64,000 nt of DNA from Mytilus trossulus (Eukaryota), in contig NC_086381.1 in NCBI RefSeq assembly GCF_036588685.1, positions 22,134,001-22,198,000 on the forward strand, in the 5' to 3' direction. Shown here one piece after another: positions 12,801 through 26,739 of this stretch. The notes beneath the pieces are model-generated. The model was given only the letters and a program-made list of their open reading frames with translations, was not told the origin of the DNA and did no database searches. Numbering within the stretch: position 1 is the stretch's first letter; each line of letters opens with the position of its first letter. The translations under genes were made by a program, and so were the position numbers.

Positions 12801-15800
12801 GCAAAGTTAGATTTACAAATAAGTCAACAGGACCAAAATGGTCAGTTGACCCCTTTAGGAGTTATTGTCCTTTATAGTCAATTTTTAACCATTTTTCGTA
12901 AATCTCCATGATCTTTTACAAAAATCTTCTTCTCTGAAACTACTGGATCAAATTAATCCAAACTTGGCAACAATCATCTTTGGGGTATTTAGTTTAAAAA
13001 TTGGGTTTTTAGAACCCAGCCAATCAACCAAGATGGCTGCCATGGCATAAAAAATGGAATATAGGGGTAAAATGCAGTTTTTGGCTTATAACTCAAAAAC
13101 CAAAGCATTAAGAGCAAATCTGACAAGGGGTGAAATTGTTTATCTGGTCAAGATCTATCTGCCCTGAAATTTTTAGATGAATTGGACAACTCGTTGTTAG
13201 GTTGCTGCCCCTAAATTGGTAGTTTTAAGGAAATTTTGCTGTTTTGGGTTATCTTGAATATTATTATAGATAGAGATAAACTGTAAACAGCAATAATGTA
13301 CAGCAATTTAAGACTAAAAAATAAGTCTGAATGACCAAAATGGTCAATTGACCCCCTAAGAAGTTATTGTCCTTTATGATGAATTTTTAACGATTTTCAT
13401 AAAATTTGTAAATTTTTACCAACATTTTCCACTGAAACTACGCGGACAAGTTCATTATAGATAGAGATAATTGTAAGACGCAAGAATGTTCAGTAAAGTA
13501 AGATGTACAAACACATCACTATCACCTAAACAAAATTTTGTCATGAACTGTCTGCTTCCTTTGTTTAATTCACATATACCAAGGTGAGTGACACAGGCTC
13601 TTTAGAGCCTCTAGTTTTTACAAAGAATAATGATTCTCCACATGCTACAGGATCTTTAAGAGTTTTTTTTTTATTTTTTAGTATGATCCTGCAGTTATAG
13701 ATAGATTACATCACCACCCAAATTATTCTGATGTATTTGAGCTTGTGCTACCAGAAAAAGATACCCCATTCCAGACTATACCTGGTAAGGCTTTTAGATT
13801 GAAAGATAGAAATAATATAGTTAGATTTAACCCAAAGATGATTATGGGAGTTCATTGAGATTATGTAGATACAACTCAACAGTTGTTGGTCATTATTTTT
13901 GTTCAGTTCTCTGACTTTAAATTTTGCTGTAAGACCCATCAACACATTTGGCGGTTTGAAGTTTTTATAGTGGGGAAACATAATGTGTGATAGGACAGTG
14001 ATTTTAGAGCAAGATTTTAAAAGATATCAATTATTCTTTGTGCCCCCGCTGTAGCAGAGGGGGCATATGATTTATCCTTGTCGTCCGTCTTCAAACTGTA
14101 TGTACGTAAGTAGCTTCTATACATCCACATATTGGTTCCTGTTCTCTAACTTTAGTTTTCTTCAATCAAATGTTATGAAATTTATACAAAATGCAAGCCG
14201 GGGCATCATCTGTGTCCCATTTATTAAAAACTGAGTTATTGAATAAATGAACAGATAAAATTTATGTTTTGTATCTGTACAAAGTATTATTAAATGTATT
14301 TAATATAAAGGTTTTTTTTCTGGCAAAATATTTTTTTTAAATATTATGTGTTATATTTCTGCAACAGTTATATTTTATCTTTATTTTAGATCGATCATCT
14401 GGACAATTTGAATCTCTACAGGGTGAAATAAATATGGTGCAGGAACAGTTGACAAACTACCTAATACAAGAGGAAAATGAGATGGAAAACAGAATCAAGT
14501 AAAACATTTTAGAAAGATAGATTTTTTTTATGATCATAGATAAACCAGTAACTGTGAAAAGTCTCACAGTTTTATTTGACTATTTATCTTATAGAATACT
14601 GGTCTGGAAATACTTTCTTGTATATCAAGGTTAAAGATCAGTTCATAATCTTGGGTTTTGTCTTAAAAACAAAACATATGTAACTATTAAAGTATGCTTA
14701 TTTTGAAGAATTATGTTATGAACACTAGGACCAGTTACCTTTACTTACCTTTACTTTCTACTGAATTATAAAGATGTTCACTATATATACAAGCTATATA
14801 CAAACTTACACACTATTAAATTTGGCCCTTTATAGCTTAATGTTCATGTTGTTAGGTGTGAGCCAAGGCTTCATGTTGAAGGTCATACATTCACCTATAC
14901 TGGTTTACTTTTATAAATTGTTATTTGGATGGAGAGTTGTCTCATTGACACTCACACCACATCTTCCTATATCTATTTAAATATTAACTATGTAAGCATG
15001 AGAAACATACATTACCAATGAACCAAACATATTGACACTTATTCAGTAAATTGTTCAGGAGCATTTAGATTTTATTTTGAAATGGTATACTTTGGATTCA
15101 TTTATTTTTGTGGGTATCAATTTTCGTGTATTGAGGAAAACTTACATTTTCTAGGATATTTGATTTCCTGGTTTAGCAAATCTCTGCATACAAAACATGA
15201 GGAAAATTTGTAACTCCTTTAACAGGTGATTTTGTGGTTCATCTGTACTCCTGAAAAATTGGTATCCAACAAATAATAATGAATACACAGAACCTGGTTT
15301 CTTTTCAAAATGATTCTAAATCATACTTAGTTTGGTTGATAAAATTAAATATTGTAAATCAAGAGGGTCATAAACTTATGAAATCATTACTTGCACATGT
15401 AACTCAATCTCATTAAAATTCGATGTTCTGATAAGCTACCCTCCACTAAAATCAGATGTTCTGATACGTTACCCTCCAGTCCAGTGGAGGGTAGCGTATC
15501 AGAACATCGGATTTTAATAAGATTGCATATAACTATACACTACATCTTTAAAAAAGGGGGGAGGTGTCATTACTCTTGCATAATAATTATGTTAAATTAC
15601 AATGTATGTGATATTAACAGAAGTTTGACATAGAATAACATCTAGGTAATGTTTTGAAATGATTACTCTTCATTGTGAATTAAAAAAAATATATCTTGAG
15701 AGAAATTGTACTGATTTTCCAAATCCCTAATGTCTACTGTGAATTCAGTAATTTTTCGTGGGTACCAATTTTTGTGGATTAAGAAAAAAATGCATATTCA

Positions 15801-18800
15801 TGGATATTTAACTTTGTGGTTTTACTGCAGTCTGTATACAAACCTATAGAAAATTCCTCATTTGTTGAACATTGAATTTCGTGGTTTATCTGTTCCCACG
15901 AAATCCACGAAAATTGGTATCCAACGAATAATAAGGAATCCACAGTATCTACACAAAATAAAGTGAAATGCCTTTAAACATGTTTAAAACAAATTGAGGC
16001 ATGCAATATAGACATGAAAGAGAAATAGTATATAAGTTTTGTATTGTAGACACTATGAAGAAGAGCAGAGAATACTGTTCCAGCAACTGCAAGAGAAAGT
16101 ACGGAAAGATAAGAAAAAAATGATAAGGTAAAATACAAATTGTAAACAAAATATACTAAGTAAAAAATGTTTAGCATTATTTTATGTAGCAGTTCCTTAA
16201 AAATCACAAATAATGTATTTGTATCCATTGTTTAACAAGTTTTGCACACAAATATTGATAATTTACAGCATTCTATCTACTCTATTGACCTAAAGGTGTA
16301 ATACCACCAAATCATGGTAAGTCACATCCGGTTGCATACGAAAGTAGGTCTAAAAAAATATTCCCTTGAATTTGACCGTTGTAGGTAATTAATCCTACAT
16401 TTTATTGCATTAAAACTATTTCTGTGTCATAAACATATGTCTTTGGTATTTCAAAACACCATTATTTTTTATTTGTGATTCCTATAGAAAATTTTGTAAT
16501 CTTGAGGTTACATGGTGACTAAACCTTGTACACAGATAGAATAAGGGGAGAAATCTGATTGGTTAACTTCCAATGATGGTTATTTTCTTATATGCAATTA
16601 TATGTTATGTGAAACTTTTTCTATAGAACTGGACAGGATAAAACTTTACTCATGCCAAGTATTTCTTTATTTGAAACAAAGATAAATTCTGCACAATTTT
16701 TTGAAAAGTGCAAATTTAACAAAGACTAATAGGGAAAAATCAATGGTGGTATTACACCTAAAGAGCATATCAAGTGGCTGAAGGCACTATTTTATCATTC
16801 TGATACTTGTAATTGCAGTGTTCTCCTAGAGGCACAAAAGCAAAAGATGAAAGTTATTGGTGACAATACAGGTAAGTTGTTTCAGATCAGAATAGTTTTA
16901 CAGCTATTTTGTCTTTGTAAATACAAATATCAGTTTTGGTGATAAATTACTATTTAATTAATAATTTTTTGTGGCCTTCAATATAATTTTTTTTTTTTAT
17001 TATTGACAAGTTCTTCTGTTTAAAGTACAATCCATATAATTTGGATAGTACTTTTTCTATCAAAGAATCACTGCTAATTTTAAATACATTTTTGTGCAAT
17101 TATTACTAGTAAAACTAATACACTTAATATAAGATTTTACATTCTACACTTACGGTTTTAGTTCTATTTAGTTATTACAATATATTTACTTTTACTTTTT
17201 AGGGTCAAAAAATGTTTCAAAGACTCCAGAAAGGTTAAAGCCAAAAGCGATGTCACAGGTATGTCTTGTTGTTAAAAACTTTTATGGAATAATTATTTTT
17301 TTTTAGTTTGCAAGTCTACCATTTGGAAACATGTACTTGAGATCTTAAATGGTTAAGGAAAGGGATGATAATTTCATACTGTAAAGATGTAAATAGAAAA
17401 AAAGCAACGTATTTAATGATGTACTGTGGAAAAAAAAAATTTCATTGGTACCAATGTTCACTGATCGATGAAAAATCATATTTTCATGGATATTTGATTT
17501 ACTGTAAATTCAGAAATTATAGCATACATTTATTACTACAATTTTGTCATTTTCGACTAAAACACGATTTTAATTTTTGCGATATTCAGAAAAATACTGT
17601 TTGAATCATATAAAAAAAAATCAAGTTTTAATTATTACGATTATAAACCTGCCACATTTTTCGCAATAATAGGAACATTGCAATAATTTCTCAATTTACA
17701 GAAGTATTTTACCAAAATCTCCATACAAGCTAATTAAAAACTTGAACGTCCTTGAACTGTGAATTAAAAAAAAAAGGTATTCAAAGAATGATGATGAATT
17801 ATACTGAATTATACAGTATACTTCAAGTAAGCCTCAAAAAAGAATATGGGGATGTAGGATTGGAATTTTTCTGACATAATTGGTGGGTCATTAATGGATG
17901 TACATCAGTTTAAATTACTCAATGAAAGTATTTTGTTTGCGAAGGGTTTTGCAAGTCTCCTACTTCCATCTTGAAGGGAAGAGACAAGCATTTTGACATT
18001 AAATATTTTTTTATGATTTTCAACCAGATGATAACTTCTTTTTCCACCTATGACACAAATACAGAGAGATAAGAAGATATTGTTAAATTTCTTTTTAGAA
18101 AACGGCTCTTTCAAGGGCCAAATCAACACCAGTCCCAAGAGGACAGTCATTGGAAGATTATGATCAAAATGCTGATGGTTTGTAATTCATTTAAATTAAA
18201 ATTTCATTTAATGAAGAGAATTAAGTTCAGGAAATAATCTTTTTTTTTAATAAGTATATAAAGATTAACTGAGGTTTATATACACTTTATTATACATATA
18301 TACTGTATAACTTTAAGATGCACATAATCTTTAAATATAAATAACTTGAAGAGATATATGTCTTTTGTTTGTTGAAACATATTTGTTTTGACATCTTTGT
18401 AAAGACTTTTGCACCAAACTGTATATAGACCATGAAAATAAGGTGGTTTGAAATGACCTGCTACAAAGGTTTTGACTTCTAAATTTGATTTTGCTGTGTT
18501 TTACCAAAGCAATTTGAATTTATTCATTGTACAAATAAAAACAGCACTTCATAAACATAAAATACTATTTTGGTGTAACTATTTTCCAAATAAAAGAAGT
18601 TTTTTTGAGTTACAGCACTTACTAACATGACTAACCGATTGTCTTTAGAATTCAAAAATTTAAAACAATGTGGATAAAATTATTTGAATTACTTCCCTTT
18701 AATAGGTATGTTTATGTTTGATGGAGGTGATGTTGACAGTGAGGAACACTTTTATCAGTCAGATGATGAATCGGAATCTGAAGAAGGAAGTAAGTTCTTG

Positions 18801-19989
18801 AATATGATACAGGTGCTAAATATAGAATTATAAGAACTTATCACTTGGAATTGTTATAGAAAACCTATCAGGGTTTTTATAAAGGTTCTGTTTAGTTTTG
18901 CTCAACAACTCTTAAAATTTTTTCTATGAATGATAAAAAAGTATATGATGTTTAATTCATGAGAAAAATCAATACAATATAGGTCTAGTCAATTTCAAAA
19001 CCAATCAACTGGAACATTTACTGGAAGTTTATACAGCGTAACAAATATCTAGGTTACCAAGTATGCTATGATTGAATGATAATATTAATTTATAAACTAT
19101 ATTGCAGGTGATAGAGGAGAAAGAGATGCCCCTTCAAAGAAAAAGAATAAGTTAATATATTCAGCATCTGTGCCAATCTCAGTCCCCACTTGGTGCCCCG
19201 GTATTAGGGAATCTGGTGACATAGAAGAGTTTGATGAAGATGGAGTAAGTCTAATTTCCATAGTCACATGATATAAAAACTAAATATATTTTCAAACAGA
19301 TATCAAAACGTTAACCAAAAAAAATACCAGACTCCAACCTAAATTTAAATCAGAAAGTCCATCATTAAATGTCACAAAATCGAAACCTCAAACACATCAA
19401 ACAAATGGAAAAAACAGTCATATTTCTCGGTAAGGCATTTCCTTATGTAGAAAATTGTGGATTAAACCTGATTTTGTAGCTAGCTGAACCTCTCACTTGT
19501 ACAACAGACACATACAAATCCATTATAAAGACAAAAATGTGTGAACAAAACAATCAGACATAATAGGGTACAACATTCAACATTGTGTTATAATCTTAAT
19601 CACTATAAAAACATCACTGAACTTGGAAATATGATATATAAAGCAGGGCATGGTGTCTTATGGACACAGATTCTTGTTACTTGTATTTCAGATATAATAT
19701 ATTTTGTAAATAGGAATGAAAAGCTATGATTTTATTTATGATTAAAAACACTCACATTGATTTGAAGAAGAAACAAAATTTGCACTTTTTGATGACAGAT
19801 ATATTTCTACAAATGTTTGAAAAAATAAAAATCTATGTATTTGTATTATTTCAGTCACTACCCACTGACCCAGAAAATATTGCAGCATCTATGCAAGCCT
19901 TGGCTCAAAGCATACACAATGATGAAAGATACATCTTTGGTGAAAGACCAAGACCTAGGTTAAACACTGGTGATTTTACCAACCAATAG
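9854..19989 (+). CDS. AKT1S1: PRAS40 / AKT1 substrate 1 (Lobe) orthologue, mTORC1 inhibitor; 12 coding exons, 374 aa
   Basis: Exons 9854-9938, 10457-10533, 11695-11823, 13682-13784, 14390-14498, 16050-16127, 16819-16871, 17203-17258, 18099-18177, 18706-18789, 19108-19244 and 19855-19989 all have GT-AG boundaries and join in phase (1125 nt). The protein has a TOS-like FMFD, YSASVPISVPTW (human YAKSLPVSVPVW, S183 region), IAASMQALA, and the Akt site RPRLNTGDF (human RPRLNTSDF, T246). A possible non-coding first exon ends at the GTAAGT donor at 8780. Confidence 0.9.
11405..11590 (+). repeat. High-copy SINE-like dispersed repeat (family A)
   Basis: AAGAAGATGTGGTATGATTGCCAATGAGACAACTCTCC...CAACAATGAGCAAAGCCCATACCGC. 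Homologous copies at ~12025-12125 (+), ~14820-14977 (-), ~56700-56777 (-) and ~61171-61459 (-). Confidence 0.75.
12340..13617 (+). mobile_element. Non-autonomous Helentron/Helitron-type element (HINE-like), apparently complete, in a PRAS40 intron
   Basis: 5' TAGCTCACC...GTGAGCT hairpin and GTC microsatellite; ~500-bp internal units starting ~12411 and ~12913, plus a partial third; 3' subterminal AGGTGAG and hairpin AGGCTCT-TT-AGAGCCT-CTAGTT. Same family as 1-700. Confidence 0.8.
15400..15535. mobile_element. Palindromic MITE-like element with one arm internally duplicated
   Basis: TAAAATTCGATGTTCTGATAAGCTACCCTCCACT occurs twice in tandem, then inverted as AGTGGAGGGTAGCGTATCAGAACATCGGATTTTAA. 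Confidence 0.6.
15735..15947. mobile_element. MITE with TACTGTG...CACAGTA termini
   Basis: TACTGTGAATTC...GTGGGTACCAATTTT versus AAAATTGGTATCCAACGAA...GAATCCACAGTA. Diverged copies at ~15088-15290 and ~17422-17820; the latter appears to carry a nested insertion. Confidence 0.7.
16295..16758. mobile_element. Non-autonomous TIR DNA transposon, Kolobok-like
   Basis: TIRs GGTGTAATACCACCA / TGGTGGTATTACACC, flanked on both sides by TAAA (4-bp TTAA-like TSD). Superfamily is inferred from TSD and termini only. Confidence 0.6.
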
Positions 19990-20716
19990 CAGTGTTTTAT
20001 GTATTTTAATTAGAAATTATGGATTGTTGATCTTTCAAATAATTGTTTTATTCCTGTCTATTATCACTGCTTTCTGAACCTTGTTTTGATTAAGAACAGA
20101 TCTAAGCAAAAATCTTTAAGTTTATTTGAATGTGGCATTGTGTATAGATTATTGTCGATGTATGGTCTTTTTTTTGGTCATATGGCCTGTAATTTGAAGT
20201 TTTCATATTGAAGATGATAATTTACTAGGGATATAACTTCAGAGAAACAATACTTGCTTGCTTTTAAGGAATATGTTTTTGATTTTTAGTATACATAAAT
20301 TGATAGTTAGATAAGTGATGATTATGTATTGAAAAAAAATATTGGACATGGAGGTCAACTAGCTCATAAAATTACTCATTTTAATCATAGGGCATTTTTA
20401 ATTTTAGTTTTGTTTATAGTAAATGTACTTACCAGGAGCTTCTTTTGAAATTAATTGATTTGTTGTTTTTATCAGTGCCTTGTACTACATTGTATTTTGA
20501 TTTTACAAATGGAAGCAGGTGCTTGTTTTAACATGGCATTACACATTTTGACAAACAGTGTTTTTTTTAGTCTATATTTTAGCTATTGCCATGGTATAAA
20601 CAATCAAATGTAAGTTAATGACAAAAATCTTTGTCAGAACAAATTATGTTTCAATAATAACAAATACTGTTCTTCCATCAGTACACAATATATATCAATG
20701 ATGATAAATACTGTTA

Positions 20717-21072
20717 GGGCTGTTCCATTAAAACATATGTCAGTGGCAGATCCAGGAATTTTCATAAGTGGGGGCCCACTGACAGACTTAAGAGGGGGCT
20801 CACTCCAGTCACACTTCAGTGATTCCCTATATAAGCAACCAATTTTTTTCCCAAAAAGGGTGGGCCAGGCCCCTGCCTCCCCCCTAAATCCGCCTCTGTA
20901 TATGGTACTCAGGAAGGCACTTTAAAAATAGGGTAACCACCTACAGAGACAAATAATTTTGCACTTGCATTTCCACTATGTAAAATCATAGATGACATCC
21001 ACCCATAGTTGAGATTTTGAGATTTGAAGGGCCTTCTCTGGACCCATGTATGGTTTTTTTATGGAACAGCCC
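20717..21072. mobile_element. PIF/Harbinger-like MITE containing a nested short element (20741-20898)
   Basis: TIRs GGGCTGTTCCAT / ATGGAACAGCCC with TTA and TAA flanks. The nested GC-rich element runs CAGTGGCAGATCC...AAATCCGCCTCTG. Confidence 0.6.
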
Positions 21073-24000
21073 TAAATGATTCTAATTTGCTTTCTTGTTT
21101 TCTTTTTTTTTAGCTGAATTTTATCTGACTTTTTTATTGATATTCCTTATTATGTGAATATGTCCTTTACAAATATAGATAAAAGGAGATATGAGGAAAT
21201 ATCATGATAATATAGTATATAAATGCATTGTATTTTAAATGATTTATTCTGTCTGCAGGTTGTAATGTTTAACATGTGATGTTTTTTTTTAAATAATCCT
21301 TCATTCAAATGTTTAATTTGATCTCGGTTGTAAAACCAAATTCAGTTTACAGGTACTAGTCATATTATAGATGAACTAATCTAGTTTTATTTCATTGGGC
21401 ATACCTAAAACAAGTATTTAGAATAGGGATTGGCAGTTTTTAAAAATACAAATCATGATATTTAAAAAAAAAAATGGAATCTAAGCAAATGCTGGATAGC
21501 TATTCTTTTGATAGGTTTTCTTTTTAAATCACAATCTTTAAACAACAAAAACAGATCATTTGTGAAGTTATTATACTGTTTTTATATTGAAATCATGTGT
21601 AAATTTTACATTGTTCATTTGGATGAGTGTCTTAGAACTCACAAGAGTAGTTCTAGAATTTAGTAGTACCGGTTTTAATTTATTGAAAAATTATGTTTGT
21701 GTAAGAGACTTGGTTGATGGTGTCTTCTTTCTGTATGTTTTGGGGAATTTAGAATCTTTCATATTATGTGGTCACTATTGTTGATGAAGACTTTTTGATT
21801 AACTGTATGTTTATTATGGTTAACTTGTATTGTTTTGTTGACTTGCTGTCTTATTCAGACAATTATTTCATGTTTCCTTGTATTGATGTATAATATGAAG
21901 ATGTATTAAACAAATATCCTTGAAATGGTTTGATTGCATCCAGAATTTTTAATAAGAACATTTTTCTATGCAATGGATCCTTAACTTCCTATTTCTGTGT
22001 ATCGCAACTCTATATTTCCTTTTTTCCCAAAAATATTGGTATGATTATTAAGATGCTGTGTACCAGTTTTGAATATAGGCAAATTGAAGCTTGCTATATA
22101 GTATTGGAGCTATCCTATTGGTGAAGATTTTATGTTTGAGATCTACATATGTAATGTTTGTGAAATTTTGTTGATGGTTCACTGTCTCGCTGTCTCATTG
22201 AAAATTATCCAACATTTTCTCTGTATTAGATATCCACAGTTTGCAGTAATGTACAAAAATATTCTTTGTTACCTATTTAGGTTATAAAATGTATATACAA
22301 TACCATGAGAAAACTCCACCAACTAGGGGAGATAATTCACAAAAAATCATTATATAGGAACACTTAAAATAGCAGATTTCCTCAAGTAAGTGACCTAGAA
22401 ACAATCTTTTACTTTAAACTTTTTTTTACAAAGCAGGTTCATCATTCTATGCTTGGAAGTTTTCAAATTCAAAATTGACTAAATTCAACAAATAAAACTT
22501 AATAATTTTATATTGCTTGAAATGTTTTTGTTTTTTAACAAGGGCAGTCATTCAGGTATGTTGTCAGAAAGACATTTTTGTGTTATTATCTAGTCCATCC
22601 ATTGATTTCCATGTAAATTGATTTTTTCATTTTATATATACAATGATGTTTAGAAGTTTGCCTATTTGTACAGTTATAACTTTGCTGTTGGATAAATGAT
22701 ATTACATTGTCTGAATTTGTAATGAAATACTTGTATTAAATATTGCTCTTAGAAAAAAATGTTAATGAATCATATCAAATTAATGAGTTTGATTATAAGA
22801 TGTTATAACTGCTTACATCAACTTCAACATTGTCTCATCTGCAATCATACCACATCTCCTTATTTTTATGCTGATTAATTATTGTTAGTGATTTAGATTT
22901 AGAACTATGTGATGTTCTAGGAAAGACATCCACGGAAGATGCTTTTATGAGTGACGTTCTTCCTATGGAAGTTTATTTTACAGCTTGTTGTAAGAGTTTA
23001 ACTTTTAATATAGTATAAATCTAGATTAAATTAAAAAAAAAAAATTCCATACTCTGTATTCATCCCTGAAACAGTTCTGACAGGGAATAAATGACATTAC
23101 ATATACATTTAGTTGATGCTTGTGATGAAGTTAGTTTAACAAATTAGATTTTTTTTTCTTGTGTACTTCCAAAGGACAGTCACAATTTTGTTTTGTTTAC
23201 TTAGATATGCCATTTATCTGTTATATTTCCTAGACTTTGTAAAATTTTACAGCATTCTGTATAGGCCTTCTATGTTTAATCAGCCTGTTTATAAAGTTGA
23301 AACTATCAAATAACATCAGTTGGCTAAAGTGCTTCAACTGGATAATGAACAAATCAACATACTAAATATCTGCCATAACTGAGGTAGGCATACAGACCCC
23401 TCCCTTATAATGTTTGAATATAGTTCAGCTTTGTCACCAAGACTTTCAAAGCCCTGATTGACAGTGCTGATCCAGTCCAAGGAGGGAGAGTAGAACATCA
23501 AGGTTCAAATTTAACTTCTTGGTGTATATTGATATGGATGTTATTTGGTGGAAAATACCTGTATAATTATGTAACTGAACTATTAAATTGGAAAACCTAT
23601 CATTGCAATCTAATTATAGATGATCATCATTAGTTAGTTTATATTTGGTGCTCTTTGTTGCGATTGTATGTGAAAATTATTATACATATATCATGTTTTC
23701 TGCTGGGAAATACTGTAAAATCAAGAAATTATTGTATGCATTTATTAATGATATTTCTCTGAAGACTGAACTAAAATGGGAGGTTAATTATTGTAATTTC
23801 AGGAAGAGCTTCATATGTATCTGGAGTCGGTTTCACAAAGAAATTTACGACTAAAATTGACTGTAAGTATACTGAATTGTACATGAATTCAATCAATCTT
23901 AGTCATAAGTCTTTTTGTGATATCGACTCCTGATATCAGAATGCATGTTCTTCTTAAATTTTGTGAAAATCACCCAGTTGCTTTATTTGCATTAATAAAA

Positions 24001-24751
24001 ACATGCAATAATTTTTGAATTTACATTATAACATTTGCTGAATTTAGATTCATGTTTAGGGTAATGAAAAATACAATTGTTTGCTCTTTTCATAGATGGA
24101 GCTGAATGAATGTCATAATTTGTTTAAGGGGCTTAGCTAGAGCAAAAAAAAAATAATATTGTATTAACTAGAAAATTATATAGAAATGTTTTATATGCTT
24201 ACCTTTTTAAGAAGTAAAACAAGGATAGCTGTTCATGATATTTTTATATAATGTTTCATTTTTGCATCTGTTTCAGGACAGTTTGACTATTCACAAGGGA
24301 ACTCTTTATTTTTATTTAATAGAAATATAAAATTGATATCTGTTTTCTTTTTTATAGATAGGATACCAAAATTAACATCAATTAATTTTAATGAAATCTA
24401 CCAATAAATTATAAATTTTCTATTGTAATTTGTAAAGTATTAATAATTTGTTTATAAGTATTGATTTTATACAAGGGTTAACCAGAATTTCAAAGCTACC
24501 CTATTGATAAGAAAACTCAAATTAAGTGCTATTTTTGTGAGTGTTTTTAAAAGATTTTAACTAATTGGTGTACCTGTTTTTGTAGGAAAAATAAAATTTA
24601 TTTTAAATGATAAAGAGAGAGAGAGTGAAGTAGAACAGCTAACATTGTTAGTTTAGTATATACATAATACATACATATGTTTTGACGGAGGAGAAACAAA
24701 TCAGCATTGTAGAGTATTTAAGAGTTATTTGCATAATGTTTGTATTTTTGA

Positions 24752-24999
24752 GGTTTGGTTGTCTTGCTTGCTTTGTTTGCATAAATGTTTGCTCAAGCAT
24801 TGTAATAAAGATTGACATCTGAAATCGATAGGTAGGTTGGGCTACAGATTGTATACATTATACTTATAAATGTTATAAATTGTTAAGTATAATGTATACA
24901 AGCTGAAGCTATGCCTATTTTTTTTTATTGCAGATGTCAATCTTTATTAAAATCCTTCAGCAAATATTTATACAAACAAAGCAAATTAACAAGCAAACC
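24752..24999. repeat. Imperfect ~250-bp foldback palindrome
   Basis: Arms pair as TTGCTTTGTTTG..ATAAAT..TAATAAAGATTGACATCTG / CAGATGTCAATCTTTATTA..ATTTATACAAACAAAGCAA. An inner pair TTGTATACATTATACTTA / TAAGTATAATGTATACAA is exact. Confidence 0.75.
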
Positions 25000-26596
25000 A
25001 TCGAAACATTTGCATTACAAGCATTAGGAAAACCGCTGAAGTTTAACTTTCAATTATCAATATATTTCAATATTCTATGTTTATAAAAGAATACACACGT
25101 TTTTGTCTTGATTCTCAGATATGTTAATTTTTTGTTGTTGTAATCAAACAAAAATCTGTCATGGTTCATAGACATCATCCGGTCAAGGGTAATCTTTTCT
25201 ATGTTTGTGCTGACCACAGAGTGGTTATGTTAATAATGGATAACTTATTTGAATCCATTTCACAGATCTGATGACTTAATGAGAAAGTTAGACGGACAAA
25301 ACTATTTCCTGTTTATCTATTTCCATGCCTTAACAAATAGAAACATAAATACTGGTTTTAGTATTAATTTTTAAAGGATGACACTTTCATGTTAGATAGC
25401 AAGATTGCTTATGTTTGAATATAATTGTTTTGTTCTAATTTGATAAATTAGTTCAGTTTCTGATCATCCTATTTTCAAACATCAAATTCTTCTTTTTGCA
25501 GAACGAGGTGATCAGAAAGTGTGCTCCAACCTCAACTACATTTATTTCTGAATCTGTTCTGAATAAAAAATACTTTAAAAGAGTAACATGTAGAGATTTT
25601 ATTAATTATGTTTTATGTTATAATTTTACCTTGTTTTAAGAGAATGTTTATGAAGGAACATAAAATAGTCATTGATGTATTGCACATGGTTGTGGTACGT
25701 GATTTTCTCAATCAAATAAATTGAATGGAATCATTGTTTTTGTTGTTTTTCCTTTTATTTTCAAGTGTAATTAATTAAAGGTAAAAAGATTATAAAGATT
25801 ACATTGGATTTTTGTTATTTTCATCATCTCCTGTCATCTGTAAACTATTACACATATCTTACCTGAAAATGATAGACCAAATCTAACCCAACATGGCCAA
25901 AATAATCATTTGGCTAGTTTAACTAGAGTTACTGCCCTTTAATGACTTTTGTTTTGCATTTTTACAAAATATCTAATAACTAGGATAGATAGATAGATAA
26001 AAACTGAAATAAGCAAAAGTGATCAGCAATACAAGTTCTACAAACAAATCAACATTACTGACATCATCTAATGACTTCTTATTGAAGTAATTGCTCTTTG
26101 ATGATGAATTATACTTTATTTTGAGTTCCTTTAGTATTATTTGCCTCTCTTTTACCCATATGTAGTGTTTTTGCCTATAATCTCGAAAACTATACTAAAT
26201 AGATACACATTTTCAATAACAAAATTGATAAGCAAGAGACGAACCACAAATAATATTTATGGCCAAAATCATCAATTGACTAATTGGACTTACTCCTATG
26301 TTTTGGTAATTTTTGTTTTTTAGCCTAAGTTTAATTATTGCAATTTCAAGAAAATTTGCAAGAAATGACTATTCAGGTGCAGATATGGAACTGAATAAAT
26401 TCGAATCCATTACGAATGACGGCTTTGAATTAATCTTATAGTAAGGTAAACAAGGTTGATATCTGCAGAATATCTTCTGTATGAAAGACGTATTTATAAA
26501 CACATTGACACATACAATAATAACCTATCGCATATTTAATGAGGAGGCCTTTAACCCGAACTACAAGAAAGTGAAAATGAAGTCAAGAACAAATGA

Positions 26597-26739
26597 CCTG
26601 GCCTTGAAGGCATAAAACTTTGCTCAGTGCTCCGAGCACAAAAATCATGCTCGAAACATGAAATCCAGCAATTTGATTGGTTGACTTTCGAGTCTGAGTA
26701 CAAAAATCATACTTGAAAGTTTTATGACCGTGAGGCCAG
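26597..26739. mobile_element. Short MITE
   Basis: Termini CTGGCCTTGAAGGCATAAAACTTT / AAAGTTTTATGACCGTGAGGCCAG; internal GAG(C/T)ACAAAAATCAT repeats. Confidence 0.55.
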
